A stretch of 64,000 nucleotides of DNA from Podarcis bocagei (taxonomy: Eukaryota), in NCBI GenBank assembly GCA_964188305.1, contig OZ076889.1. One strand, written 5' to 3'. The notes below the pieces were generated by a model. That model worked only from the letters and a program-made list of their open reading frames with translations, had not been told where the DNA came from and made no database searches. Within the stretch, counting starts at the first letter, position 1; each line of letters starts with the position of its first letter. Shown in pieces: positions 41,357-52,918 of the stretch. A program made the position numbers and the translations under genes.

Positions 41357-43145
41357 GTAAAACAATAAAGTCTTCACATTTTCCTGACCCGACTCCACCC
41401 CAAATCTTTCTCTACAGGAAGCAACTGTGGTATTTTGTACCTAGATTGTGAGGTTCACTTTTTCACCCAACTTCTGCTACGTTTAAAACCTTGTGTGATA
41501 TGAAGAAAGGTTTGGGATTTGGGTGGGAGAGTAGATTTCAGTAGTTAGGATATTTGTCCTTGTTTATGGAAGAAGCAGAGCCTTTTGAACATGCTTTCTT
41601 GTGTCCCATGAGCAAAGGAGATTTCATATCCATGACCTAGTAGCATATTGGATCAGAGCCATGTAATATATCACTCCAATTCCACTATAGGTTCCTGCTT
41701 TCAGGATAGTAAAACACATGTCACTAGTTGTGCCACTTAGAACAACAGTCTGAGAAAAAACATTTTGATTCATGAATAGTTACTCAGTTGGGCCAAAGAC
41801 AGAAGCTCTTAGCCAGTTTCCAAAATGTGGAAAATCCAGATTTCTAAAATTCTTGAACAGAAATCTTCCCTGCTGCAGAAATTTTCCCCTTTAAATGAGA
41901 AAATTATAAGAATGAAGGCTGGAGAATGATGGGAGGTAGCCTACTCACCCACCTGCCTCCCTCATGAATTTATGTTAACCTAATGGCAACTCTGAAGAGG
42001 GCTGCTTAGAACATTTCAGTGGCTTCATACGTTCTACAATTCTGCCTCTTTTGGTAACAGGGAAACTCTTCATATAGCCATGGTGCCAGAGCACAGTGTG
42101 GATAGGAAGTGAGGATAGTCCTTTTGAGGGAGAGAGAGAGATTGTGATTGGGATATCTGCCCCATTCTAATGAGCATACATGCCCATTAGCTGGCCTCTG
42201 ATAACTACTTGTATGCAAAACTACTACCCCCTGTAAGCAATGTAACTCATGTGTGGTAGTGGTCGTGGCTCTTAAATTAATATATATCAAATTCTGCAGA
42301 AATGAGTTTATAATTAGCTCCTTGCTGACACCTGTGAGACCTCAGTCTTGCAGTAGGCTCCCCCGCATATAGAGCAGTGAGCACTAATTACACTGATAAA
42401 TTTACAGTTTATATAATTTCACAGTGACCTTTAGCGTAATCTCAATATGTTTGTGCTGAAAGAAAATATCACCCTCGTTAATTTAACTTGAAAGGCACTA
42501 AGCAGGCAGCATTAGGGAAGTGCATCCATGGATACTTGCTCTTCATACTTACTAAATCAGCATCCTCATCTAGGAGGATTGCAGATGAGCTGGGCAACCC
42601 TTAGGCACATGCTGGGCTCTCAACAACATTCACATCATGTGCACTCGCCTGCTGCTGAGCAAGCTTCAGGGAGGAAAAACCTGAGTTTAAAAACAAAACG
42701 TGTTCAGCACTACCGTCACGTCCAAAGTTTATTTTGTTTTTCTTCATTGCAAGCAGTATCTCAACTGAATTTCACCAGGGATTCGGAGTCCCCAGTTGTA
42801 CAAGACACTTGAATTTCCGGGAGGAGGGTAGAAATCGATGAGTAGCATATCTGCAGGCCTGAGAGAAAATTGATTAAGCTGTATGGAAGTAAATGAGGTT
42901 TATAGACTTGCATATAACGTGCTCGGAAAAGAGGTTTAAGGTCCTTATTGGTAGGAACATTGGAAGAGCTCACAAAGCAACATTAGTATATGCCGCTGAT
43001 CCAAATTGCCTCTACTCAATGAAGCTTCCTTTCCAGCAAGTGTGTAGAGGACTATTGTAACAAAGTATTTCATTTTCATAATCAAAAGAGGGAACTTTAT
43101 AAGTCTGCAGTTCATAGGGTTCTGAAACTGCATAGAACAGATAAT

Positions 43146-43370
43146 GACCCAATTCACATGTAGCACTAAGCCAAACAGAAGCTTAGCATGGAGGAGTCAA
43201 ACCTCAAACTTATGTACAGATGTAATGCTAAGCTAAATCGTGGTTAATGCTTGGGCCATTTAGCAGCACCGGGGAGGAATGCTTCATTGCAATCTTCATT
43301 CTGGGAACCTGCATGTTTGCTTTCTCATGCCAAGTTATGGTTTGGCTTTGCACTGCATGTGAACTGGGCC
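43146..43370. mobile_element. Old palindromic MITE (Harbinger-like)
   Basis: Inverted ends cccaattcacatgtagcactaagccaaac / gtttggctttgcactgcatgtgaactggg. Confidence 0.65.
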
Positions 43371-43589
43371 GTTCTATTGGTCAGCTGCTGAAGACTTGGG
43401 CCCTTCCAAACACTCTCTATTTCTGTGTAGCATTTTCCCAGTATTCAGACTGCAGTATATCTCTGAACAAATGCAGTTGTTTTCCCACCAGAATCTATAA
43501 GATGTACTGTGCCATGTCGAATGGGATTGTCTGAGTGTCATGACCACCTGTTGGATAGGCCCTGTGACACCACTGGTCTGAGAAGCTGA

Positions 43590-45498
43590 GGCAAATAGTG
43601 TTGAAAAGAGATGGATTTCTAGGCTCTATTGACGAATTAAAAAATGACAAGTCCCTGGGTCTGGGTGGCATCCACATGAGAGTTCTTAAATAATTCAAAA
43701 TATCTAACTTCTCCCTAAGATTAGACTGCATATCTGAAAAATTGAAAGCGGCCAATGTAACGCCAATTTTTAAACAGCGATTGGGGCGGGAGGAAGAATC
43801 CAGGAAGTTACAAGCCCATTAGTTTGTTCTGGGAAAGCATTCTTAAAAAATAGAATTAGCAAGCATATTGAAAGCAAGTATTGCTGAAGAAGAACCACCA
43901 TAGCTTTTCCAAGAGTAAGTCCTGTCTCGGTGTCTCAATAAACTTTTAGCATGTAAATAGAGGTGATCCAGTAGACATTGTGTACTCCAGCTTTCAAAAA
44001 GCCTTTGACAGAGTACCACACCAAAGACTCCCGAGTAAGCTCAGCAGTCATGGAATAAGAGCAGAGGTCTCTTATGCATCAGGAACTGTTTCAGAAACAG
44101 GGAACAGAAAGTTAGAATGGAGAGGAATGTAGAGTAGAATTTCTCAAGGATTGATGTTGGGGCCTTCTCTCTTTGACTTGCACAGAGTTAAGGGGGTGAG
44201 TTGTGAGGTGGCAAAGTTTGTTAATGATACCAAATCGTTCAGTGTGTTTAAAACAAAAATGGGATTGTAAGGTGCTCCAGAAGGATCTCTCCAAATTGGG
44301 TGAGTGTGCATAAAATGGCAAATAGAATTCAATGTAAGGAAGTGTTAAGTGATGCACACTGAGGCAAAAAAATTGTGAATTGGTGGTGACTCACTAGAAA
44401 TGAGATTTTGGGGCCACAGCGGATAACTTGAAGTTGTTGACCCAGTGAACAGCAACTGAAAAGTGCAGATTCCATGCTAGGGATCATTAGGAAAGGAATT
44501 GAAAATAAAACTGCTGATATCATAATGCTGTTATACAAATCTATGGTGCAACTGCATTCGGAATACTGTGTACACTTGTGGTTGACTCACCTCTAAAAGG
44601 ATATTGTGGAGTTCAAAAAGGTTCAGAAAGGGAAAGCCAAAATGATCAAGAGGCTTCAGCAACTCCCCCATGAGAAGTTTACAATACAAGTTGAGTGACA
44701 GGGACATGGTAAAGGTGTGTAAGATTATTCATAGTGTGGAGAAATTGGATAGGGAGACATTCTTCTCCCACTTTCATACTAATTTGGGCCCATCCAATGA
44801 AGCTAAATGTTGGAGGATTCAGGACAGACATATAAAAGAAAGTACTTCTTCACACAGGTATATAATCAGCTGAAATAAAATTAATTTATTATTAACTATG
44901 GCTATTTGCAGTTTAGTAGCGCTGCAGAGAGCTTGCTGGAGAGACTCAAAAATAACTTAAACAAGGTTTTAATAACAAAAACAAAAACTCCTTATACACT
45001 AAATACATCAACAACAAACCAGGCTCAACCACCAACCCATCCCCCAGGGTAATGAGGGAGCTAGGTGCTGCTCCTTATATACTATGCCCAAATGCTGACA
45101 CAGCTTAATTAACACAACCTAGCAGCACCTGCTATGTTTCACAGCTGTAAGACTGGGTCTCGTTATTTGCCTTGGCCCTGGCCCTTAAAGACATACACAA
45201 CTTGTGAAGCAATAATGAACCTTCACATTTTAAAGTGACCATTCAACAATCTACACCACCAAAATGTAGTTGTAGTTACTGGTGTGGGTGGCTTTAAAAA
45301 GAGGATTAGGAATAAATTTATCAGTGGCTACTAGTGCCTTGATGTCTATGTACTATCTCTGCTGTCAGAGGCAGTATTGAGGTTACTGGGAATCATCAGT
45401 GGAAAGGGTGCTGTTGGTCTCAGGTCTTGCTTCTGAACTTCCAATAGGCATCTGTGTGGCCACTAGACAGTTTCTGAGCCAGCAGGGTTCTTCCAATG
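43590..45498 (+). mobile_element. Old degraded CR1 LINE, different subfamily from the 30.6-kb copy, split by an insert
   Basis: Decayed KS(P)G(PD)GIH.RVL, DIVY..FQKAFDRVPHQRL, KF(AD)DTK and EYCV..W motifs. The 3' end resumes at about 45250 (ggctttaaaaagaggattag...ggctactag). Confidence 0.88.
44871..45199 (-). mobile_element. Putative solo LTR inserted in the old CR1
   Basis: Minus strand reads TG...CA, with TATA-like agtatataag followed by ATTAAA/AATAAA polyA signals. It interrupts CR1 colinearity. No clear TSD. Confidence 0.55.
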
Positions 45499-47085
45499 TA
45501 TGCCACTTACCCCTATAAGCATGCCTTAAAGCGACTCACAACAAAACAGCAAAAACATATGAATACATCACTACACTAAATAGTCCAAAACCAATTCATT
45601 ACAAAATATAACAAAATTTGAATAAACCATTCATTTCGATAAAACGAACTTTATAATGTTTATATAAGATAGACAATATAAGTCATTAAATCTTATCAGT
45701 TGATATTATTTATATTAAATAGGTGAGCCAAAGCCAGATATGAGAAAGCCTTCCAGTATAATCATGCATTAACAAATAATATAACCAGTGCTATGTGCAA
45801 TAAATGGCAAGCATATTTTATAGAACCTGCAGCAGATAATCTCTCACATGCCCCACTCTCATATTCTGATTAACTTTCTTACTTATTAAAAAAGAAAACA
45901 AGTATTTAAAGGTTATAGTCATATTTCCTACATTTACTGTGGAAGAAAACTAATGCGAAGTCTAGACAGTGGCTTGCAGCTCCTCCTCGCTATTGATTGT
46001 ACCGAGGCTGGACAGGGCAATTTGTGGGCTTTTCCTCCAGGTGCAACTAAACGTGGCATCCCAAAATGAAGTAAATAGTAATAAATGTTTGATCATAAAA
46101 ACTAAACTGTGCCTTTACATGATACAATCTAAGAGAGGCAGTTGACTTACTTGTGTAAGATTCAGGTTGTGACATTCAATCTGAGTTTGTTTAAAGATGA
46201 ACAAGATTAAAAAGCAGTCAAAATGTGTTAGGTTTTTACCTCAAGTGTTTAGGACATTGCTTTCAAAATGGAACATAGCCATAGAATGATTATGTTAGAG
46301 GCCTAGTTTCCCACTTCATCACTTGCTCCCCAAGCAAAGGAAGACAGATCTGCAACATAGAGGTTTGGCAACACAGTTCCTCTAATGGTCCTGGCTGATG
46401 AGTGATGTAAAGATTTGCTGTTGTTAATTGTTTTTCTTTCTATCACACCCCTCCTGCACGTGCTGCTCAAGGTACTATTAAATAAAATAATGTTGTAAAA
46501 TAAAGTAAGGGCATATTAAACATTGACTTATGTAGAGTGGAGGAAGGCGGGGCAGTAAAGATGTAGGCTAAGGAGAAGGCATTTACACTTTGCTGAAAAA
46601 TTTGTGTAAAAATGAGAGGAAGCACACAAGCCAAAGCTGAAATGGGAGGTGAGATTGTATCATTGGCAAGGTTATGATTAAAAGATACTCCTACAGTACC
46701 AGATCAAGAAAGTGGCCAGCAAAGTTGCTCTTGCTGCTTGGGCCAGGCATTAATAGAAAATGTGGCTGGTCATAAATTAAAAGTAGTAATGAAATGGATT
46801 TAGTGTGGGCATAGTCATTCATCCATTAAACGTATTTATGTGACTGCCATTCTGCCAAGGCAACCAAAATGGTTTATAATTTTTTAAATATTGAAGCAAC
46901 CAAAAACTACAAAATTTTGAACAACAGAATTCTCAGTAAAGCCAACCCTGGGAATGTTACTAGGAGGCATTGTAGGATGGAAGGCATTTTATACACATTG
47001 GTGGGATCTGCATTACTTAACACCCAGAGCATCCAGTGTAAGGAACAGCAGAAGTGTGGAAAGGTTTTAGAATTAGGGTGGCTTG

Positions 47086-47170
47086 GGCTGCAGTCCTAGC
47101 TAACTTTCCTGGAAGAAAGCCCCATTGACTCTAGTCAGACTTACTTTTGAGTAGACATGGTTAGGATTGA
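47086..47170. mobile_element. Short ~85-bp palindromic MITE; related copies near 27210-27275, 54080-54140 and 60555-60630
   Basis: Shared pattern gca(a/g)tcct...actt...cccattga...acttac...gagta..catg..taggattg. Confidence 0.6.
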
Positions 47171-47683
47171 GCTTTTACTCAGAGTAGCACTCGCATACCA
47201 ACATTCTTTTCAAATATTATTGGCCTAGTTACCTCAGTGGGAAAGTCAGATCCTCAGGTCTGCTATATCTGTAGTTATGCATTCAAGGCTGTGCAAAGTG
47301 CCATATACCTCAAATTGTTTGGATTCGGTTTAAATGGTCATTCAGACCTGAATGTTTCTAATGTAGATTATCAATGATATGGACAAGCCTTTTGGTCACA
47401 TTCAAAGCTCCTTTGTGCTAGAAAGTGAGCAAATGAAGATGTCATTCCTTAACTATAATTTCCTGTTTTCATCCAAACCAGGAAATTTTGGTTAACATCT
47501 TCAGAACAAACCAAGATATTAAACAGTTTTTCAAAGTTTAATTAACTGGTAACCATGGTTTCCTAGTTCAGATGAAATTGGAAACTATCGTTAATGGAAG
47601 ACATTGCGGATTGTTTTGCTTGAAGTGAGGAATGAAAGGACTGTATGCACAGCCAAATTCCTGCTCTTGTCACTGCTTACTAA

Positions 47684-48248
47684 GGGTGCTTCCAGACAGA
47701 AGTTTATTGTGGAATTGCTGCTGAACCATGCAATTTTTTCTTGCAGTGTCCGCATGAAGTTGTTGTCACCAAAATGCCAAGCAATATATTTTTTTTACAT
47801 TTAATTTCCATACCCCTTACTGCGAAAAATAGATAAGTAAAAATAACTTATAAGCCTAAAGTCACTGCGGGTGTGGAAGCTAGTTAGTGCATTAGCACTT
47901 TTTTGTGTGGTGATGGTGGCAGTTTGTCACATGTGGTGACATTTCAGTGGATGGCCCCTAATGCGACAGTCTGTACACAGGTACAGAAATACCTGCATAC
48001 ATGCACAGAGCAGAAGGCAATGGAGGGTGGTGGTGGAGTGTTGGACAGGAGGGACAACAAAACCATCTTCATATACACTCTGTTGAGGTCCTCTAATGTG
48101 GACAGCAACTGGCAGAATAGCAATGATATCCATGACTGGGAGAGAGGTGGGGAACAGAAATATGTGGAAGCTAACATGCCAAATGTGCACACTGAAATAT
48201 CTGATCTGAGCATTATGTTTGCAATATAAGCCCCTCCTGGAAGCACCC
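47684..48248. mobile_element. PIF/Harbinger non-autonomous element
   Basis: Perfect 12-bp TIR GGGTGCTTCCAG / CTGGAAGCACCC with TAA TSD on both sides. Confidence 0.85.
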
Positions 48249-49640
48249 TAAGGCAGCACAATAATAAGTGTCATTAATTATTTAGGTTGGGTGGATGTCT
48301 TATAAGAACAGTGGAAGCTGCATGCAAAGTCAGTCCATTGGTGCATCTAGCTGAATATAGTCTATAATGACTAGCAGCTGGTCTCCAGGTTTCAAGCAGG
48401 AGTTTGGAGATGACAGGAATTGGATAAACTGGCAGCTTCTGCATTCTTGTTCATGCTGAAAACGTACTCCATTGGAGTTAAAACTTAGGATGTTGTCCAA
48501 ATTTTTATTTTGTAGCATATGACTTACATCTTCATTTGGTGATCCTGACCACTACCATGGGAGTTCTGAATAATTTTTATTTTATGTCTTTTATTGCCAT
48601 ATTCTCTAACATATATTAGTGCATACTAGTCCAAAGAGATCTTGTTTCATTGCTTCAGAGTCATTATACAGCTCTGGCAAGGGCTATCTTACACTGAGAT
48701 CTGGAGACTGGGTTTTAATAACACACCAACTAAACTTTAGGGAATCCATTTTGAGTGTGTGTTGGGATTCCTTAGCTTTGCATCCATACAGAATTTTCGG
48801 TGACTAGGTGGATACAGAACAGCTCCAGATCTGTTTGGCAGCAACATAAAACAGATGCTGCTTCAGTTAGCCAGGAATCATTTCTGGACTCTGTTGTAAG
48901 AGATGCTTCTTGTCTCTTAGAGTAGGGGAAGGGGATAAAGACTCTTTATTTACAGCGATAATTTGGAGATGGTGCAGGGGCAAGTAAGCACTCGGCAAAT
49001 TTTTCTTTGGGACATGAACCAATAACCCTCTTCTTCCTGTCAGTACAGCTTGTGAGCCATGCAAGCTTCCGTGATGAGAATGGTTCTGTCAAGGGGGATG
49101 GAATGGTAGTTAGAAAAGCAGATAAATAGGCAGCAGATTTATTATGGTAGAGATTACCCGCAACTTCTGCAAACGACATTAGCCTTCCTGATGCTTCACT
49201 CATCTGTGGACAAAAGCATCAGCAAGTATAAACCAGCCATAAAGCGAAAATGGAGTAATGTCATCTCGGCTGTGGAGAATGCTAAACGAAGCAGCTGGAA
49301 CTGCTTCCTCTGATTAAAAGCTAGGGCTACTGCCTGAAGGAACATGCACTAGGAGAGTGGGAGGGAAAGAGATAACAAGTGTAAATATTTTAATTACTCT
49401 TTAAGAGGCAAGTTAAACATGCTTAAAATCTGCCTTCTTTGTATTTACAGAAATCTTTGAGTGTCTTTCTTTGTTTCCCATTGGGTGATCAGTGCTGTGG
49501 ATAATGGAATGTGGGGAGCGGTTAATCTCAGATACACAGCACTCATATGCTTACTGGTATTTATTGATCAATACACGGAACATGATTTGACGCTCTGTGT
49601 CCTGTTTAACCCTCTCTTTCTATCTGTTTAAACTCCCCAG

Positions 49641-49649
49641 TTTTCTTTG
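49641..49649 (+). CDS. PTPRF: Probable 9-nt alternative microexon (meA3-equivalent), adds VFF
   Basis: Long pyrimidine tract, then ctccccag|TTTTCTTTG|gtaagt with a consensus donor. Frame-preserving phase 1-1 and about 1 kb upstream of the 18-nt exon, the order known for meA3 then meA6 in PTPRD/PTPRS. Confidence 0.6.
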
Positions 49650-50713
49650 GTAAGTGCTTGGTGTTCAGATGTGCAAAATTTGCATCAAACCAACACATAC
49701 CATGAACTGCCTACAAATTAGATCTGCATGAATCTCCCTCACCTTACTAACAGCCTTCATTTGCACAAAATAAGACCAAGGGGACAAAACTGGGGATCAG
49801 AGGAGTTTGCTGTCAGTTTACATACACGGGTCTCCCTCTGCACATCTGGACCATGCTAAAAATAAAGCCCATGACTGAGCAAACTGCACTTTTGCTTGAG
49901 GTTTTGGAGCAGTTAGCTTTGTAACCAAGCCCTCCTTATAAGATGCACTCATAGCATGTGAACTTATTTTCTGCTCCCTTATAAGGAGGGTTGGCATCCC
50001 TTTCCTCTGCCTACTGTATAAATTACGCAGAGCGAGTCTGGTGCTCCATTGGTCCAAATAAAAACTAGAAGAAAGTGCTTTAGATTTTTATTTGAAAAAT
50101 CTGTTGTGTAGAATACCAATTTCTGGCCAGGGGGAGCCTGGTGTAGGTTTTATTAAAGTTACCCCTGAATTCATCACTCAGTTTTTAAGTTTCAATTACA
50201 TAATCAGATTTTGTCCCCAACGGTCCATGTAATCTTAAACCAAGAATGTGTGTCTCACCAACACCATATGCTTAATTTTTCTCCCCACACACACTCTCTC
50301 ACAACCCTCACTCTGGTACTCCCACAGCCCCACCTTCTGGCAGAATAAAAGGGCGCAGCACCCATATCCCAGTGGCTTCTCCATCTCAGTTGTGACAATG
50401 AATGCCAGTGGTTTTGCTTAGGAGTCAGAGCCCTCCTTTGTGTAGGACCAGCAATATATTAATTGGGTAAAATGGGGCCAGACTCTGTGTTCTTGGTAGC
50501 AGAGAGCTTTACTAACCACCTGAGGGCATCACTCTGACTTGTTACTGCACATCCTTTATTTCTTTTTATTTATTTATTTTTGTTTGTTCCTGTTGCGCTA
50601 ATACAGATTCTAGCTTTGAAAAACTTTCTACTTTTTTAGTTACAATTTTCTTCCTTTCCTCTTTGTACTAACGCTTCTCTCTAATCTTATTTGCATTCAA
50701 ATTACCTCACCAG

Positions 50714-50731
50714 GTGGTACACCAATCAGAG
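50714..50731 (+). CDS. PTPRF: 18-nt mini-exon A (meA6), encodes GGTPIR
   Basis: caccag|GTGGTACACCAATCAGAG|gtaaga, phase 1-1. Peptide matches the known meA6 insert of LAR-family RPTPs. Perfect TACTAAC branch point at 50666-50672 and TGC at 50692. Confidence 0.93.
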
Positions 50732-51279
50732 GTAAGAATGCTGAACTGTGCCTCTAATTGTCATGTCACTCCATATCCTTTCTGCCATGCCCGTCTCCAA
50801 CAGTATATCATCTCCAGCTATTCTTTCACTCCAAACTCTTGTCAGCTCACTTGCGCATCTGCTGTTCCTTCCTGTGTGTGCTTGTTTTTGTTTATTTTTA
50901 GTGTGGCGCCTTGTAGAATCATCCATCGCAGGTGTGCACAGGTCAAAGGGGGTTATTCAACGAGAGGTTTTCAGAGGGAGAACGCTATCCCCATTCATGC
51001 CACAGAGGGCTCTGAGGTCTTGAATCTTTCAGATTCAGTCACCCTCTGGGGCACCACGTCCTGGCAGGTCTGAAATAGTTGCTGTGGCGTGTTTTGAAGG
51101 ATGTAACATTTTCACAAGAGAACAGTGAAGCCCTTCCTTCTGCATTATTGCTGACAGGAATTGAACTAATACAAAGGAAATAAATTCTTAAAATGCCAGG
51201 CAAATCTAACTTGAGGAATAAGACTGGAGGACTTTCTTTGAGAGCTGAAGGTGCACCTTTTCATAAATTTAATAAATAA

Positions 51280-51280
<1 letters not shown>

Positions 51281-51319
<39 letters not shown>

Positions 51320-51331
51320 TATTATTATTAT
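51281..51331. repeat. (ATT)n microsatellite
   Basis: Read directly from sequence; one interruption. Confidence 0.95.
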
Positions 51332-52893
51332 TTTGCTGGCCCTTCTCTGATATGAAGGAGAAGGGAGGAGATCTAAGATGCCAGCTCCACCCCTTCTGAA
51401 GCCTGACAAGGATTCATGGTGCACTGTAGCATAAAGATTTGTTGTGAGTAAATGAATCAGACACACATCTGGCTGCATTAAGTCTTCAATTGTTCAATCC
51501 ACCTCCAGTCTGACAGCTCTGCATTCCCAGACCTTGCTAGTTTCACTGCCTATATGTGCTAGTAACATTTCTAGCCTACACACTCAAAGTAGTCCCTTGA
51601 ATTAATTTTAAGGTTGTAATCAGTACTATATAGTGTGACTCTGATCTCTTGTGATTTCAGTTACTGCTGTTGACTGACCCCTGAATTTCCTGATAAACTT
51701 TTTAGCACCACTAAATTACACTATCTCATTTGTCCAATGCTCCCCTTCTTTCCTCCCCCTTCTCTCTCCACTGAATCACTGCTGGAAGTCAATAATCCAA
51801 GTCTTTGGAACTGGTTCTGTTGCTGGGGGTTAATGTTTTCAGTTCTTGTTAAGTGATTTTGGAGCAAATGGGGGTTGCTGTTTCAAGTGTATTTGCATCA
51901 AGTTGCTTCTGTGAAAAATCTGGGTCAGGGGAAAAACTGTAAACCTCATTTTGATATGAATGGGTTTCTCTGTCATCTTCTCTCTGGAATGCTGCAAGAT
52001 TGACAGCTGTGATGCCACACATTTTTAAAACCTTTTCTCTGCTTCTATCACAAGCAAAATGACAGACTGAATGCTAAGTAACCAAGTAGGCCCTATCTTT
52101 GCCCATATCAGGTTGGGCCTTTCCCAGCACACAACTGCTATGTATTTCCTCTGTATCAACAAGCGAGGGCATTAATGACTCAGCACCAGAACCGCCTGGA
52201 TGTTCCGTACATCCTTTTTGAGGAAAGTGGACATATCTTTATAATGAGAATCATCCATCTCATAAAACATAAATCTCCCTATCTGAGTCCTAATGAGGTA
52301 TTTTAAGAATGTGTCTGACATTATTTAAAATGTATGTGTCCCGTTTGAATGTCAAAGATGACATTTCTGTACGTGCCAAAAAGCCACCTCTTAGCATCTC
52401 ATACAGGATTTGTGTCAGACTTACACCTTTTGTTAAACACACAGGCTATTGAGTCTCTAAAGATTACCAGATGTGGTAGGTGAAGGCACTTTTGTGAAAG
52501 GGAGGTTATACTCACATAGTGGTCTGTACTGTGGTTCTCACTAAGGTAAGTTTGTTGCACTTCTGGGATCAATTTGATGTGGAAATAAAACTAAATTATT
52601 TTTTTGTTTGCACGGCTAGTTGGATGTAAAGTTTTCAGTGGTTCATGTTGAGAGGTGGATTCTATGTGAATGCATTGAAGGGCCAATCATACTTTCTGCC
52701 TATTGAATGGAAGTGTTATGGAAGTCAGGATGGAGAAGCAGGATAAAATTTTATTTCTGAAACTAACCTTTCCTTTGGGCCCTGCAGCCGCAGTTCTACT
52801 CTTGCTGTCCAGAGGTGCTGTCATTTTTCTAACTGAGAGCTCTGTGTTCACAAGGCATGTTGTCACTTTTAACATTCCCCCTTTGCCTTTCAG

Positions 52894-52918
52894 GTGAGAC
52901 CCAGGCTGAAAGGTCAGG
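52894..52918 (+). other. Candidate 25-nt frameshifting microexon / recursive-splicing exon
   Basis: Branch-point-like tttaac (52868-52873), pyrimidine tract with TGC, cag|GTGAGA... (exon starts with a donor motif), downstream donor CAGG|gtgagt, and TGCATG at 52945-52950. Confidence 0.35.

Noticed and set aside
41357-41451. C-terminal extension of ORF 41203-41451
   Set aside because: Read-through past the donor at 41356; homology stops at the splice site.
42702-42723. REST/RE1 site (TTCAGCAC...)
   Set aside because: Only the left half-site matches; the GGACAG half is absent.
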